Source: an uncultured Bacteriovoracaceae bacterium
GTDB lineage: Bacteria > Bdellovibrionota > Bacteriovoracia > Bacteriovoracales > Bacteriovoracaceae
Length of the DNA: 57,767 nt
Assembly: GCA_964012805.1 (NCBI GenBank)
Contig: CAXGUD010000023.1
Location: 1-57,767, forward strand
Reading direction: 5' to 3'
Shown: positions 1 through 9,604 of the stretch, piece by piece
Layout of the letters: every line of letters begins with the position of its first letter
How positions within the stretch are numbered: position 1 is the stretch's first letter
Notes under the pieces: generated by a model
The model's database searches: none
What the model was told of the DNA's origin: nothing
Seen by the model: the letters and a program-made list of their open reading frames with translations, nothing else
Translations under genes and position numbers: made by a program

Positions 1-93
1 TGCAACACTTTTAGCTTTAAGCATCCCACCTATCACTTTACTTTACTTCCTGTTTATGATCATTTTTATAAAATTCAACTTTGGAGGATTTAA

Positions 94-1344
94 ATGAAAA
101 AGTTAATGACGCTTTCCATAGCGTTAATGCCTATGGTTCTTAATGCCCAATCGAGAACAATCCCGACCAGACCAATTCCTGGAATTAATCCTGGGATGGT
201 CAGAGATTTACCTGTTCCAAATATTCCGGAACTTAAAAAAGTAGCAAAGCTTGGTTATAAGTACAAAGGTAAGCTACGTTTTGGAAAGCCCTCTAGTAAG
301 CTTGTCAAGGCCACCAAAAGCCTTAAACCAAGGAATGATAAGGAACTTGTTTCTTTTCACGAATTCCAAATGGCTACAAGAAGCGGCCACAATATGACAA
401 AGAAGCTTTCCCTTAGAGAACTGAAAAAAATTGGTAAGGTTAAATTAGGCTTCGATGGTGGATTTTCTCCTAAAATAGGAAGAATTCCAGCGAAACCAAC
501 AAGTGGAGCAGAAGTTTCTGAAGTGACCTACAGAAGACCTGATAGAGGTACACCTACAAGACCTATCCCAAGAAGACCTATTCCAAGAAGACCTATTGTA
601 AACCCTAATGGTCTAGACAATATTGATCATTACGATACAGATTCAATGGACTTCGAGGGAACAACAAAAAGTATCATTCCTAATTCTGATTCAAGAGTTC
701 AAATAGCTGGGACCAGTGCTTACCCATGGCGTGCCGTTGGGCAAGTTGGAAGTCACTGTAGTGGTACTCTTATAGGTCCTCGTCACGTGTTAACAGCCGC
801 TCATTGTGTTTATAACATCAAGACGAACTCATGGTATAGCAATCTTAATTTCACTCCTGGAAGGAATGGGACCAACGGTAAACCTTACGGAACGATCGCG
901 TGGAAAAAAGTCATTGCAAAAACTGGTTACACAAGAAATCACAGCTCAAACTATGACTGGGCGATTATTATCCTAAGTCAACCAATAGGAAATACAGTTG
1001 GCTGGTTCGGTTACGGTTATAATTATTCTCAACTAAAACTTAACCTTAACACAGCTGGTTACCCAAGTGATAAAGCAAGTAGCACTATGTGGCATACTTA
1101 CTGTGCGAAAACTCCTTTCAACTATATTTCCAAAAGAGTTTCCCATCAGTGTGACACATGGAGAGGTCAGAGTGGGTCTGCTATGTGGGTTTACAAAAAG
1201 CCTAACTACAGAAGTATAAGGGCCGTTCACACAAGTGGAACAGGATCTCTTTGGGCCAGCTCAACAAGCTCTAAAAATGGCGGTGTCATTATTAACAGCT
1301 ATATGTTTAACACATTGAAAAGATGGAAAAGACAAAACCCTTAA
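94..1344 (+). CDS. Secreted trypsin-like (V8/glutamyl-endopeptidase-like) serine protease with long basic pro-region
   Basis: Signal peptide; catalytic motifs CSGTLIGPRHVLTAAHC, DWAIIIL, CDTWRGQSGS; GGAGG RBS upstream. Confidence 0.9.
   Translation: MKKLMTLSIALMPMVLNAQSRTIPTRPIPGINPGMVRDLPVPNIPELKKVAKLGYKYKGKLRFGKPSSKLVKATKSLKPRNDKELVSFHEFQMATRSGHNMTKKLSLRELKKIGKVKLGFDGGFSPKIGRIPAKPTSGAEVSEVTYRRPDRGTPTRPIPRRPIPRRPIVNPNGLDNIDHYDTDSMDFEGTTKSIIPNSDSRVQIAGTSAYPWRAVGQVGSHCSGTLIGPRHVLTAAHCVYNIKTNSWYSNLNFTPGRNGTNGKPYGTIAWKKVIAKTGYTRNHSSNYDWAIIILSQPIGNTVGWFGYGYNYSQLKLNLNTAGYPSDKASSTMWHTYCAKTPFNYISKRVSHQCDTWRGQSGSAMWVYKKPNYRSIRAVHTSGTGSLWASSTSSKNGGVIINSYMFNTLKRWKRQNP
556..600 (+). repeat. Three tandem 15-bp coding repeats (TRPIP-RRPIP-RRPIV)
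   Basis: acaagacctatccca / agaagacctattcca / agaagacctattgta. Confidence 0.85.
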
Positions 1345-1415
1345 TATTTAAAGTCAATGTTTACTATTAACTTTAATATTAGGTTTAAAATTAAACACTT
1401 TCTCTTTTAAAAAAT

Positions 1416-1440
1416 AAGCGGCCCATCTATGGGCCGCTTT
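1416..1440 (+). terminator. Probable intrinsic terminator
   Basis: Inverted repeat AAGCGGCCCAT-CT-ATGGGCCGCTT downstream of the protease gene. Confidence 0.75.
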
Positions 1441-1678
1441 GATATATAAACGTTTTATCTTTTTAGTTTTATAGAACTTCTAATAAACTCATATAGGTAG
1501 ATTGACCTTCCATTTTTTTTCTGACTTTTTTAAATAAAGAATATAAAATTTGTTTAAATATTTTAATTAATTAAAGTTAAAAATCGAATTATTGATTTTT
1601 TTGTTTAATAATTTTTTCCATTAAAACCGAATATTTAGAGGAATCAAGAATTAAAGATTTTTCTACATCGGAGTTTAA

Positions 1679-2467
1679 ATGAAAAAGACCTTGGGCATTT
1701 TTTTTAGTTTAATCATCCTTATAAATATAAATTCATTAGCAAAAGAAAAGGTAACAATTGCGATTGAAGATAATGACTTTGCTCCCTGGACTTTTGGAAA
1801 AAAAAGTAAATTCAAAGGGCAAGGTGCTTTAGTAGAGCTATTAAAGTCATTTGAAAAAGACCTAAATATTAAGTTTAGCTTTCAAGTGATGCCTTGGAAA
1901 AGGTGCTTATCAAAAATGAGAAAAAACCAAGTCGATGGTGTATTTAATGCCAGCTTTAAAGAAAAAAGGCAAAAAATGGGTGCCTACCCATTCGTAGGGG
2001 GCAAACTCAGTGAAATAAGAGGAACACATTCAAGCAATTATGTCCTTTACAGATCAATTGGAAAAAATATCAAATGGAATGGGAAAGGTTTCGAAAATAT
2101 CGATTCCCCCATCCTTGTGGAAAGAGGTTTTTCAATAAAAGATGATATTGAGCAAATGGGATTTAAAACATTCCAGGTATCAAGGGCACTTAGTGGTTTC
2201 AAAATGCTTCAAAGAGGTAAGATGAGTGGAATGGTTACATTGGAGGCCATGGGTGACATGGTTTTAGATGATAAGCCCGAACTCAAAGAAAAAATTGAAA
2301 AATTTCTTCCTCCTGTAAAGTCAAAAAGATACTTTCTAATGCTTTCTCACAATATGGTAAAAAACCATAAAGACCTCTCTGAAAAAATATGGTCTAGTAT
2401 CCAATCAGCGAATGAAAAAGGTATTCCTAAGGAACTTTATAAGAAATGGTCATTAAAGCTAAAATAA
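1679..2467 (+). CDS. Family 3 periplasmic solute-binding protein (orphan)
   Basis: Signal peptide; FAPW, MPWKRCL..MRKNQVDGVF pattern. Confidence 0.85.
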   Translation: MKKTLGIFFSLIILININSLAKEKVTIAIEDNDFAPWTFGKKSKFKGQGALVELLKSFEKDLNIKFSFQVMPWKRCLSKMRKNQVDGVFNASFKEKRQKMGAYPFVGGKLSEIRGTHSSNYVLYRSIGKNIKWNGKGFENIDSPILVERGFSIKDDIEQMGFKTFQVSRALSGFKMLQRGKMSGMVTLEAMGDMVLDDKPELKEKIEKFLPPVKSKRYFLMLSHNMVKNHKDLSEKIWSSIQSANEKGIPKELYKKWSLKLK

Positions 2468-2689
2468 AATGGAAAGAGCCTTTTACCTTTCCTTTCATAA
2501 GACCGGCTAACACCCGGAATAACCTACACTAACCATCCATTATCTAGGCTTACTGTTTTGATACAATTTAAAATAGATAATTAAATTTTATTATGTCTTT
2601 TCAATTAAATTGAACAGCTTTACTTTTCTTATTTAAAGATAAAAAATATATAAGCAAACGATTAATAACTAAATTTAAAGACGCTAAAT

Positions 2690-3073
2690 ATGAATCAAAT
2701 AAATTCAACCTTACAGCAGAATAAGAGAAACCCCGATATGGTTAGAAATATTTTCTGGGATATTTTTTTTACTCTTATTACCTGTGGCCTCTTTAACCTT
2801 TACGTTCAATATTGTCAGATTCTAGCAATAAACAATATGCTCAATGAAGACCGCTATTCGTTTTTAAAATGGCTCTTCTTTAGTATTCTCACATTTGGTT
2901 TATATCATATTTATCATGAGTATGTTAAAGGTGAGGATATTGATAAATGTATAGGAGCAAGTGGAAATACAGGTATCATATGTCTCATCCTTACTATATG
3001 TGGTTTAAGCATCATTGCAGATGCCATTCAACAATCCCATATAAACCGGTTTTATGGTGAAAACTTACCTTAA
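2690..3073 (+). CDS. DUF4234-like small membrane protein
   Basis: Repeated LITCGLF / ILTFGLY / ILTICGL helices ending in IQQSHIN. Confidence 0.7.
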   Translation: MNQINSTLQQNKRNPDMVRNIFWDIFFTLITCGLFNLYVQYCQILAINNMLNEDRYSFLKWLFFSILTFGLYHIYHEYVKGEDIDKCIGASGNTGIICLILTICGLSIIADAIQQSHINRFYGENLP

Positions 3074-3503
3074 TCATAAAAAAAAAGAATTTAGAACTCT
3101 ATTTGGTTTAGGGGCCCTTTTCCTTCTTACGGTCCCATTTTTTTTAGCAAAGCTTCTTCCCTCAAATATTAAAAATGAAGAAATTATTTCAAGCTTTATT
3201 TTTTTAAAATGCCCTCTCCTTCATTTTTTTGAGATCTTTTGCCCAACATGCGGATTAGGTCGCTCTATAGTCTCTCTTTTTCTTTTTAAATTCAATAAAT
3301 CCTGGGCCTATCACCCAGGTGGGATAATTTTATATTTTAAAGTTATTTCAGTTACTTCGCTCTACTTTTTTTTTCCGTCTATTTTAAAAAAAATCCTCTC
3401 CCTATTGGGTCATATAAAAGAAAATAGATTAAAAAAAAGATTGATTACAATTTCTTTTATAAGTCTGTACCTTCTTTGGCACATACAACGAGAACATTTT
3501 TAA
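3054..3503 (+). CDS. DUF2752-like membrane protein
   Basis: CPL...FCPTCGLGRS...AYHPGG motif; overlaps the upstream gene. Confidence 0.75.
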   Translation: MVKTYLNHKKKEFRTLFGLGALFLLTVPFFLAKLLPSNIKNEEIISSFIFLKCPLLHFFEIFCPTCGLGRSIVSLFLFKFNKSWAYHPGGIILYFKVISVTSLYFFFPSILKKILSLLGHIKENRLKKRLITISFISLYLLWHIQREHF

Positions 3504-3565
3504 ATTATCAAATTTTGTTTTTTGATTTGAGAGGAAATTTATAAAGATTTTTTTTGAAAAATAGT

Positions 3566-3586
3566 AGGGCCTTTAAAAAAGGCCCT
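3566..3586. terminator. Probable bidirectional terminator between convergent genes
   Basis: AGGGCCTTT-AAA-AAAGGCCCT inverted repeat. Confidence 0.6.
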
Positions 3587-3596
3587 TTGAAATATT

Positions 3597-4358
3597 TTAT
3601 TCTAGGTATTTATTTATAATTGATTTATATTGCCCATTACTTTTTAGTTTTTTCAAATTTTTATTAAAAACTTCTACAAACCCTTTATCAACAGACTTTT
3701 TACTAAACATAACATGAATGTTTGTGCTGTATACTTTTAGAGGATGCATAACTATCTGATTACCTAATTTAAACTTTTTTAAGTAAGCAAAGCCAGAGTA
3801 GCGATCTGCTAAAACACCGCTTACTCTTCCCTTTCTTAACATCTTATATAGTTGACCTTCACTGGACATTTCTAATAATATTCTTTTAAATTTTTCATTT
3901 TTTTTGAGACTTTCAAATTCATCACCATTGAAGTTTCCTCTTACAACACCTAATTTAAACTTTTTACCAATGAGGTCTTTAAGTGATGACGGCTTATACT
4001 TATTTAGGTTTTCCTTCCTTACAAACATAACAACTGATTCGGTCCTGTATGAATCTGAGAAGAAAGCAAACTTTTTTCTATCATCAGTCATCGAAGCCCC
4101 TGGGGCCAAATGTACACGCCCCTTTTTAAGCTCTCTAAGATGGGCCTTCCATCCAATAGACTTTAATTTAAAGGGACAGCCCGTGCTTTTTAAGATAGCA
4201 CTAAGTAAATCCACATCAAGCCCTGTTATTTTTCCAGCTTCAGTATATTGGTAGGGTCTCCAATCATCATAACCAAGAATTACTTTTTCCTTATTACAAT
4301 TCCCAAATGAATTGGAAATCGATATTAAAATAAAAAAAAATAAAGAGATTAACTTCAT
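3597..4358 (-). CDS. Family 3 periplasmic solute-binding protein (orphan)
   Basis: Signal peptide; DWRPYQY...GLDVDLL...ASMTDDRKKFAFFSDSY; ATG at 4358 follows a GGAG RBS. Confidence 0.85.
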   Translation of the reverse strand: MKLISLFFFILISISNSFGNCNKEKVILGYDDWRPYQYTEAGKITGLDVDLLSAILKSTGCPFKLKSIGWKAHLRELKKGRVHLAPGASMTDDRKKFAFFSDSYRTESVVMFVRKENLNKYKPSSLKDLIGKKFKLGVVRGNFNGDEFESLKKNEKFKRILLEMSSEGQLYKMLRKGRVSGVLADRYSGFAYLKKFKLGNQIVMHPLKVYSTNIHVMFSKKSVDKGFVEVFNKNLKKLKSNGQYKSIINKYLE

Positions 4359-4626
4359 AGAGACTCCCAAAAAAGTGAATGTTTGAAAAATAGTTTAACT
4401 TCTTAACGGAATAATAATTTTTCTACTTTAGTAATATTATCAGTGAATAAGACCTCTGTATTATAAGAAACATTATCTATTTTCTATATGTAAAATAAAG
4501 ATTTTATAAAATAGAATTTTTTTATATTAGTCTACTCTTCAGATTTTAAACTAATTTGGTATGGTTTCCTTAATAACTTTTTCCAGATAAAAAAAGACGA
4601 CTTAATTAACTCTCTTTAATTTCTTT

Positions 4627-5307
4627 TTAATTATTTTTTGGTGGATCGGGTCTATATGGGTAAATCCATGATTTAAATGCATTAATTTTTCTGGTTTGTG
4701 CCCAAATCTTACCCTTCCCTTTAAACCGGCAAACAAAACCCTCTCCACTAAAAAAGAGTGATTTATAACCTCCAATTCTGGAAATATCGTAATCAAGGCC
4801 TTCAGTAAATGCTACAATATGTCCTGTATCAATGACGTATTCACCATCTACATCAACTTCAAACATTGCGCCATAAGTATTAAACCAAAGGTCTCCTGAT
4901 CCGGAACATTTGATTAAAAAAAGAGATTCACCTGAAAAAAAGCCTTTTATCATTCCTTGCCATTTACTCTCAGCTGCTACATTCAATCCAGAAGCGACAA
5001 AAGCCCCCCCCTGTAAAAAAACAGTTTCGTTATCAAGCGTAATATGCTCAAGGTCACCTGGAGGGCCTGGTGCTATTGAAATTTTCCCAGGAGCTCCCTC
5101 CGCTGTAAATTCATTAATAAAGATCGATTCACTCGAAAGAAACCTAGAAAATCCACCCTTAAATTTTGTGTGCATTTTAATATGACTATCCATTGTGGCC
5201 ATGGAGGATGCCTCTACCTTAATGGTTTCATTGGCCGGAATATCGACAGTCAAGAATCCAAAATCTGGTCTGGATTCAATTTTAAATTTAAAAGAATTTG
5301 TTCCCAT
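4627..5307 (-). CDS. AIM24/TIGR00266 family protein
   Basis: VEASSMATM, SESIFINEF, YVIDTGHIVAF, GEGFVCRFKGKG motifs. Confidence 0.9.
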   Translation of the reverse strand: MGTNSFKFKIESRPDFGFLTVDIPANETIKVEASSMATMDSHIKMHTKFKGGFSRFLSSESIFINEFTAEGAPGKISIAPGPPGDLEHITLDNETVFLQGGAFVASGLNVAAESKWQGMIKGFFSGESLFLIKCSGSGDLWFNTYGAMFEVDVDGEYVIDTGHIVAFTEGLDYDISRIGGYKSLFFSGEGFVCRFKGKGKIWAQTRKINAFKSWIYPYRPDPPKNN

Positions 5308-5321
5308 TTTATTTTCCTCTT

Positions 5322-6005
5322 CTAAGCCGGTCTAGGCCTTAATTTTGGCCCAAGGGTATGCCCAAAGCTCGAGCTATTATGAGATTGACACCAAAGTTTT
5401 CCTCTTCCCTGAAAGCGGCAAACAAGACCCTCTCCTCCTAGGATAGAGTGAACCCAGGACGAGCCTGCTTTTGAGATTTTAAAGTCCAGCGTTTCCTCAA
5501 AGGCAACAATATGACCTGAATCAACGATATATTCATCCGTCACGTCGATTTCATAGATATAACCAAAAGAGTTGAAAACAACATCCCCTTTACCTTCTAA
5601 ATTAAGCCAGAAAAGACCTTCTCCGGAAAAAGCATTTTTAAAGCCTTGCCAACCAACATTCAGTGAGACATTTTGGTCGCACATAACAAAAGATCCTGAC
5701 TGAACAACAACTTTTTGTCCCTCAAGTTGAAAGTGGCACATATCTCCTGGAAGCGTGGGGGCAAGCCAAACCTCCCCTCCTCCTGACTTTGCCTTGTACT
5801 GATTAAGAAAAAAGTTTTCTCCAGCAAGCATCCTTTTGATTCCTGAAAAAAGGCCTCCCTTATTTTTTTGATGGGTGCTCGTTTCAATATCCACTCCACC
5901 ACTCATAGCGATCATACTTCCACCTTCAGCATAAAAACCTTCGGCTTGATTAAGCTTTATTTTGGCGGCAGTTTGACTAGGCCTATAGTTAATTTCAATA
6001 TCCAT
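5322..6005 (-). CDS. AIM24/TIGR00266 family protein
   Basis: AEGGSMIAMS, GENFFLN, YIVDSGHIVAF, GEGLVCRFQGRG. Confidence 0.9.
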   Translation of the reverse strand: MDIEINYRPSQTAAKIKLNQAEGFYAEGGSMIAMSGGVDIETSTHQKNKGGLFSGIKRMLAGENFFLNQYKAKSGGGEVWLAPTLPGDMCHFQLEGQKVVVQSGSFVMCDQNVSLNVGWQGFKNAFSGEGLFWLNLEGKGDVVFNSFGYIYEIDVTDEYIVDSGHIVAFEETLDFKISKAGSSWVHSILGGEGLVCRFQGRGKLWCQSHNSSSFGHTLGPKLRPRPA

Positions 6006-6019
6006 ATATATTTCCTTTT

Positions 6020-6685
6020 TTACAATAAGGGGTTGAGCCAGCCGGCCATACCGTCTATAGAGCGGCTTTGAATCAGAACCTCTCCCTCGCCCTCAATTCG
6101 CATAACAAAACCTTCCCCGCCAAAGAGGCTTGAAAATATTCCACCTGCAAGTTGAAGCTTTATTTTCATGTTGGGTGGGTAGGCCATAAGGTGCCCTGTA
6201 TCAATCAAATGGTCACCGGTAATTTGTCTTTTGAGAATACTTCCAAAGCAGCTTATCCAGCAGGTCCCCTTGCCAGAAATTTTCATTCGAAAAAGGCCTT
6301 CGCCACCCAGCCATGACTTAAGTCCGGCCCACCTCAACTTAACTTTAACCCCTTTTGTTCGGCAGAGGAAAGCTCCAGGCTGGATATAAAGCTCGTCTTT
6401 TTTACTTTCCAATTTATGCTCGTAGATATCCCCAGGCACCGACTGAGTGAAAACAATGGATGCGGGTCTTTCACTTTTATTGGTGAACTTAGAAAGAAAA
6501 AAGCTTTCCTTTCCAAAAAACTTAATCATCAGCCCTTTAAAAAACCCTCCATTCATTTTTGAACGAAGGTCTATACCTACATCCATACTCGCCATAGCAC
6601 CTGATTCAGCAATAATGCTTTCACCAGGTCCAAGCTTCATATGAATGTGGGAAAAGGAAGGATGGCCTTTAATTTCTGTTTCCAT
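6020..6685 (-). CDS. AIM24/TIGR00266 family protein
   Basis: AESGAMASM, ESFFLS, IDTGHLMAY, GEGFVMRIEGEG. Confidence 0.9.
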   Translation of the reverse strand: METEIKGHPSFSHIHMKLGPGESIIAESGAMASMDVGIDLRSKMNGGFFKGLMIKFFGKESFFLSKFTNKSERPASIVFTQSVPGDIYEHKLESKKDELYIQPGAFLCRTKGVKVKLRWAGLKSWLGGEGLFRMKISGKGTCWISCFGSILKRQITGDHLIDTGHLMAYPPNMKIKLQLAGGIFSSLFGGEGFVMRIEGEGEVLIQSRSIDGMAGWLNPLL

Positions 6686-6694
6686 AAAAAACTC

Positions 6695-7819
6695 CTAGGG
6701 GGAAAGAAGACCTTGGGAAACCTCTTTTTTGAGTTTATCAAAATCATAGCTGACTATTTTAATTTTTTTCAATTGGCTTGGATTTGCCTCTTTAAAAAGT
6801 TGATCCATTTGCTTAATTCTTTCCTCATAAAGAGGATGAGTACTTAAAAAACTAATGGCCTTCGAGTTTTCTATTTTAGATTCTTTTTTTAAGAATTGAA
6901 AAAAGTCTTTAAGTCCTGATGGATCTAAACCTGATGAAATAAGATAATGAAAACCAACGCGGTCTGCTTCTTCTTCAAAACTTCTTGAGAATTTTTTTTG
7001 AAGAAGAAACTGACCCTTTGTTAAAATAACGGCAGCGACCCCGGAAAAATCACCAACTAAAAGTTGAACGACACTAAAAAGCCCCAAAGAATCAAGGATA
7101 TTATTTAATATATGCCTCTGAGTTACATGGGCCATTTCATGGGCCAACACACCCAGGACTTCTTCTACTCTTTTTGATTTGGAAATGAGTCCGAAGTTTA
7201 TGACAATATGACCACCAGGAAGCGCAAAAGCATTAACTTGGCCATTTCTAGACAAATGCAATGTCATTTCATCTCTTTCCCTAATAACCCTGGGATCGAA
7301 AAATTCTAATAATTTATTTATATCTTTGGTAAGCTTCTCATTGTTTACAATTTCTCCACTTTTTTTCATATTTCCAATTAAAAGATCTCCTATTTTCCTT
7401 TCTGTCTTCAGAGGTATGGCCTTTATGACCATTCTTTTTAATCCACCGAGGCTATTGAAGATAAGGAAAGTTAGGAGGAAAAAGATGATTATCCCCAAAA
7501 AAAAAGCGTTCCGAGAACTCTTCTTTTTTTTCTTCCAAAATTCAATTTGATTTTTAGTTTCTTCAAATTTGTCCCAAAAAGTATCCTCTAAAATTTCCAG
7601 ATCATTAGAGTAAAGAACAAGTCCATCGTCTTTTTCACTAAAAAAAACAATCCTATCTGAAGCTCCTCCAACTTTAATTTTGACTTTAGAGACATCTAAA
7701 TTATATGTTTCATCATTAGTCACCAATATGATTTGTCTGTTTTCTAAATTGACTTTTCCAATTTTTCTTTTATTTTCCGGGCCTGGTAAAAAGCAGCCAC
7801 CAGAATATGAGTCTTTCAT
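6695..7819 (-). CDS. M48 family zinc metalloprotease, membrane anchored
   Basis: NAFALPGG, AHEMAHV (HExxH), FSRSFEEEAD, LSTHP; ATG at 7819 has an AAGGAG RBS. Confidence 0.9.
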   Translation of the reverse strand: MKDSYSGGCFLPGPENKRKIGKVNLENRQIILVTNDETYNLDVSKVKIKVGGASDRIVFFSEKDDGLVLYSNDLEILEDTFWDKFEETKNQIEFWKKKKKSSRNAFFLGIIIFFLLTFLIFNSLGGLKRMVIKAIPLKTERKIGDLLIGNMKKSGEIVNNEKLTKDINKLLEFFDPRVIRERDEMTLHLSRNGQVNAFALPGGHIVINFGLISKSKRVEEVLGVLAHEMAHVTQRHILNNILDSLGLFSVVQLLVGDFSGVAAVILTKGQFLLQKKFSRSFEEEADRVGFHYLISSGLDPSGLKDFFQFLKKESKIENSKAISFLSTHPLYEERIKQMDQLFKEANPSQLKKIKIVSYDFDKLKKEVSQGLLSP

Positions 7820-7973
7820 CTTTTTCTCCTTATATGAAAACAATAGCGAAGAAAAAAAGATTTGAAAAAATAAATTAGACATTATTTTAGTCTTAAAAAT
7901 TTTTAAATTTTCTTAACGAAGAAAAAAGATCCTGATAAGCTTTTGTATACTACTGAAACTTCGGAATAATACC

Positions 7974-8711
7974 ATGACTTGGAATATCCTAATTCCTATC
8001 TTTCTTATTGCCTTTTCCTTTTTTACTGCCGCAATTTCAGCCGTAACAGGTATGGGTGGTGGGATTATTCTCCTTTCGGTCATGACCCTTTTTTACCCTT
8101 TGAACATAGTTATTCCTCTCCATGGTTTTATTCAATTTATAAGTAATCTTTATAGATCCTATTTATTAAGAAATCATATAACATGGTCTTTGGCCGTTCC
8201 CTTTTTTATGGGAGCTCCTTTAGGAACCTTCCTCTCTTATTTAATCATTAAGATGATGCCTTCACCCCTTTACCCACAACTTATTATTACATTTATTATT
8301 TTTTATTCGGTTTTTAGACCTAAAAGCCTGCCCTCACTCAACATTCCAAATTGGGGCTTTTTCTTTTTAGGAGTTATAGTTGGCCTTTTCTCGCTTATTA
8401 TAGGCGCAACAGGTCCTATCATTGCTCCTTTTTTTCTTAGATCAGATTTAAAAAAAGAAAACTTAATTGCAACAAAAGCAGCTGTCCAAACCATGGGTCA
8501 CGTTTTAAAAATCCCTGCGTTTATTGCCCTAAGCTTTCCCTTTGAAAATTATGCATGGTTTATTTTTTTTATGACTTTGTTTACGATTCTTGGAACTAAG
8601 TGGGGAATCAAAATTCTTTTTAAAGTTAACGAAACGTTATTTATAAAAATTTTTAAAATTGGACTCTTTTTAACTGGGGTTAGAATGACCTTTAAAATAA
8701 TATTTGAATAG
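7974..8711 (+). CDS. TauE/SafE (sulfite exporter-like) membrane protein
   Basis: Multi-pass; SAVTGMGGGII and IGATGP motifs. Confidence 0.85.
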   Translation: MTWNILIPIFLIAFSFFTAAISAVTGMGGGIILLSVMTLFYPLNIVIPLHGFIQFISNLYRSYLLRNHITWSLAVPFFMGAPLGTFLSYLIIKMMPSPLYPQLIITFIIFYSVFRPKSLPSLNIPNWGFFFLGVIVGLFSLIIGATGPIIAPFFLRSDLKKENLIATKAAVQTMGHVLKIPAFIALSFPFENYAWFIFFMTLFTILGTKWGIKILFKVNETLFIKIFKIGLFLTGVRMTFKIIFE

Positions 8712-8733
8712 AATTTATAATAAATTGATCATT

Positions 8734-9321
8734 CTAAATTCTTAGGCTGAATTCTATGGCAGGGAAAAGATAAGAGTAATTATCACTAATGGAAGTCTCT
8801 GTTCCACTTACCTTTCCGGTAGTCAGCATAATCTTATGATAATTTAAAGAAGCACCTAAATAGATCTTTTCAGTAAAAGACAACTGAAGACCTAAATTTA
8901 TATTTATTGACGACCCATCGACATCTTGATTAGCAGAGCCAACTTTCTTTCTAATCCCTTTGCAATAAGGGTTATAGTTTATGCTTAGACTGAGGTTTCT
9001 TTCTTCATTAAAAAATAACATGAGACGGGGACCCATTTCTAAAATTGAATAATCACCTTTATTGTAATCAGTGGATTCTTTTGTGTTGGTCCTGGTGGAA
9101 TAAATTATATTTTGTCCAAAAACAAAATAATGAGATATGGAAATACCTATAAAAGTATCGTTAAATATAAGAGATTCATTATCTACATCTGAGCTTTGGT
9201 GAAATTGATAACCTTGTTGAAACCAAAAATCTGACTCAGCGGAAAGAGAAAAACTAAAAAGAAATAGGCTTAAAACAATCATTTTCTTTGAAGTGATTCT
9301 TTTAAACTTTTCCCAAATCAT
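8734..9321 (-). CDS. Putative outer-membrane beta-barrel protein
   Basis: Signal peptide; alternating beta-strand pattern; C-terminal strand PAIEFSLRI. Confidence 0.55.
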   Translation of the reverse strand: MIWEKFKRITSKKMIVLSLFLFSFSLSAESDFWFQQGYQFHQSSDVDNESLIFNDTFIGISISHYFVFGQNIIYSTRTNTKESTDYNKGDYSILEMGPRLMLFFNEERNLSLSINYNPYCKGIRKKVGSANQDVDGSSININLGLQLSFTEKIYLGASLNYHKIMLTTGKVSGTETSISDNYSYLFPAIEFSLRI

Positions 9322-9604
9322 CTTTCACCCGACTTGTTCTTGTTTTTCTTTATTAATTTCCACTCGAATTAATCGACAAATTTTATGAAACCTAAAGATA
9401 AACTATGGAAGGGGAAATTTTTCCTATTTAATATTAATCAAATTTAATTTTCTTAGATTATTAATTATTTAGAATTAGTATCTATAAATTTAATATTAAA
9501 AATTTAAATACTCTAATATCTTAATTTTTTGGTTTTTTTTGAACAAATTTTTAAACCAATGATAAAATTCAGCTAGAACTTTCCGCTAGGGTATTAGGTT
9601 AGTT

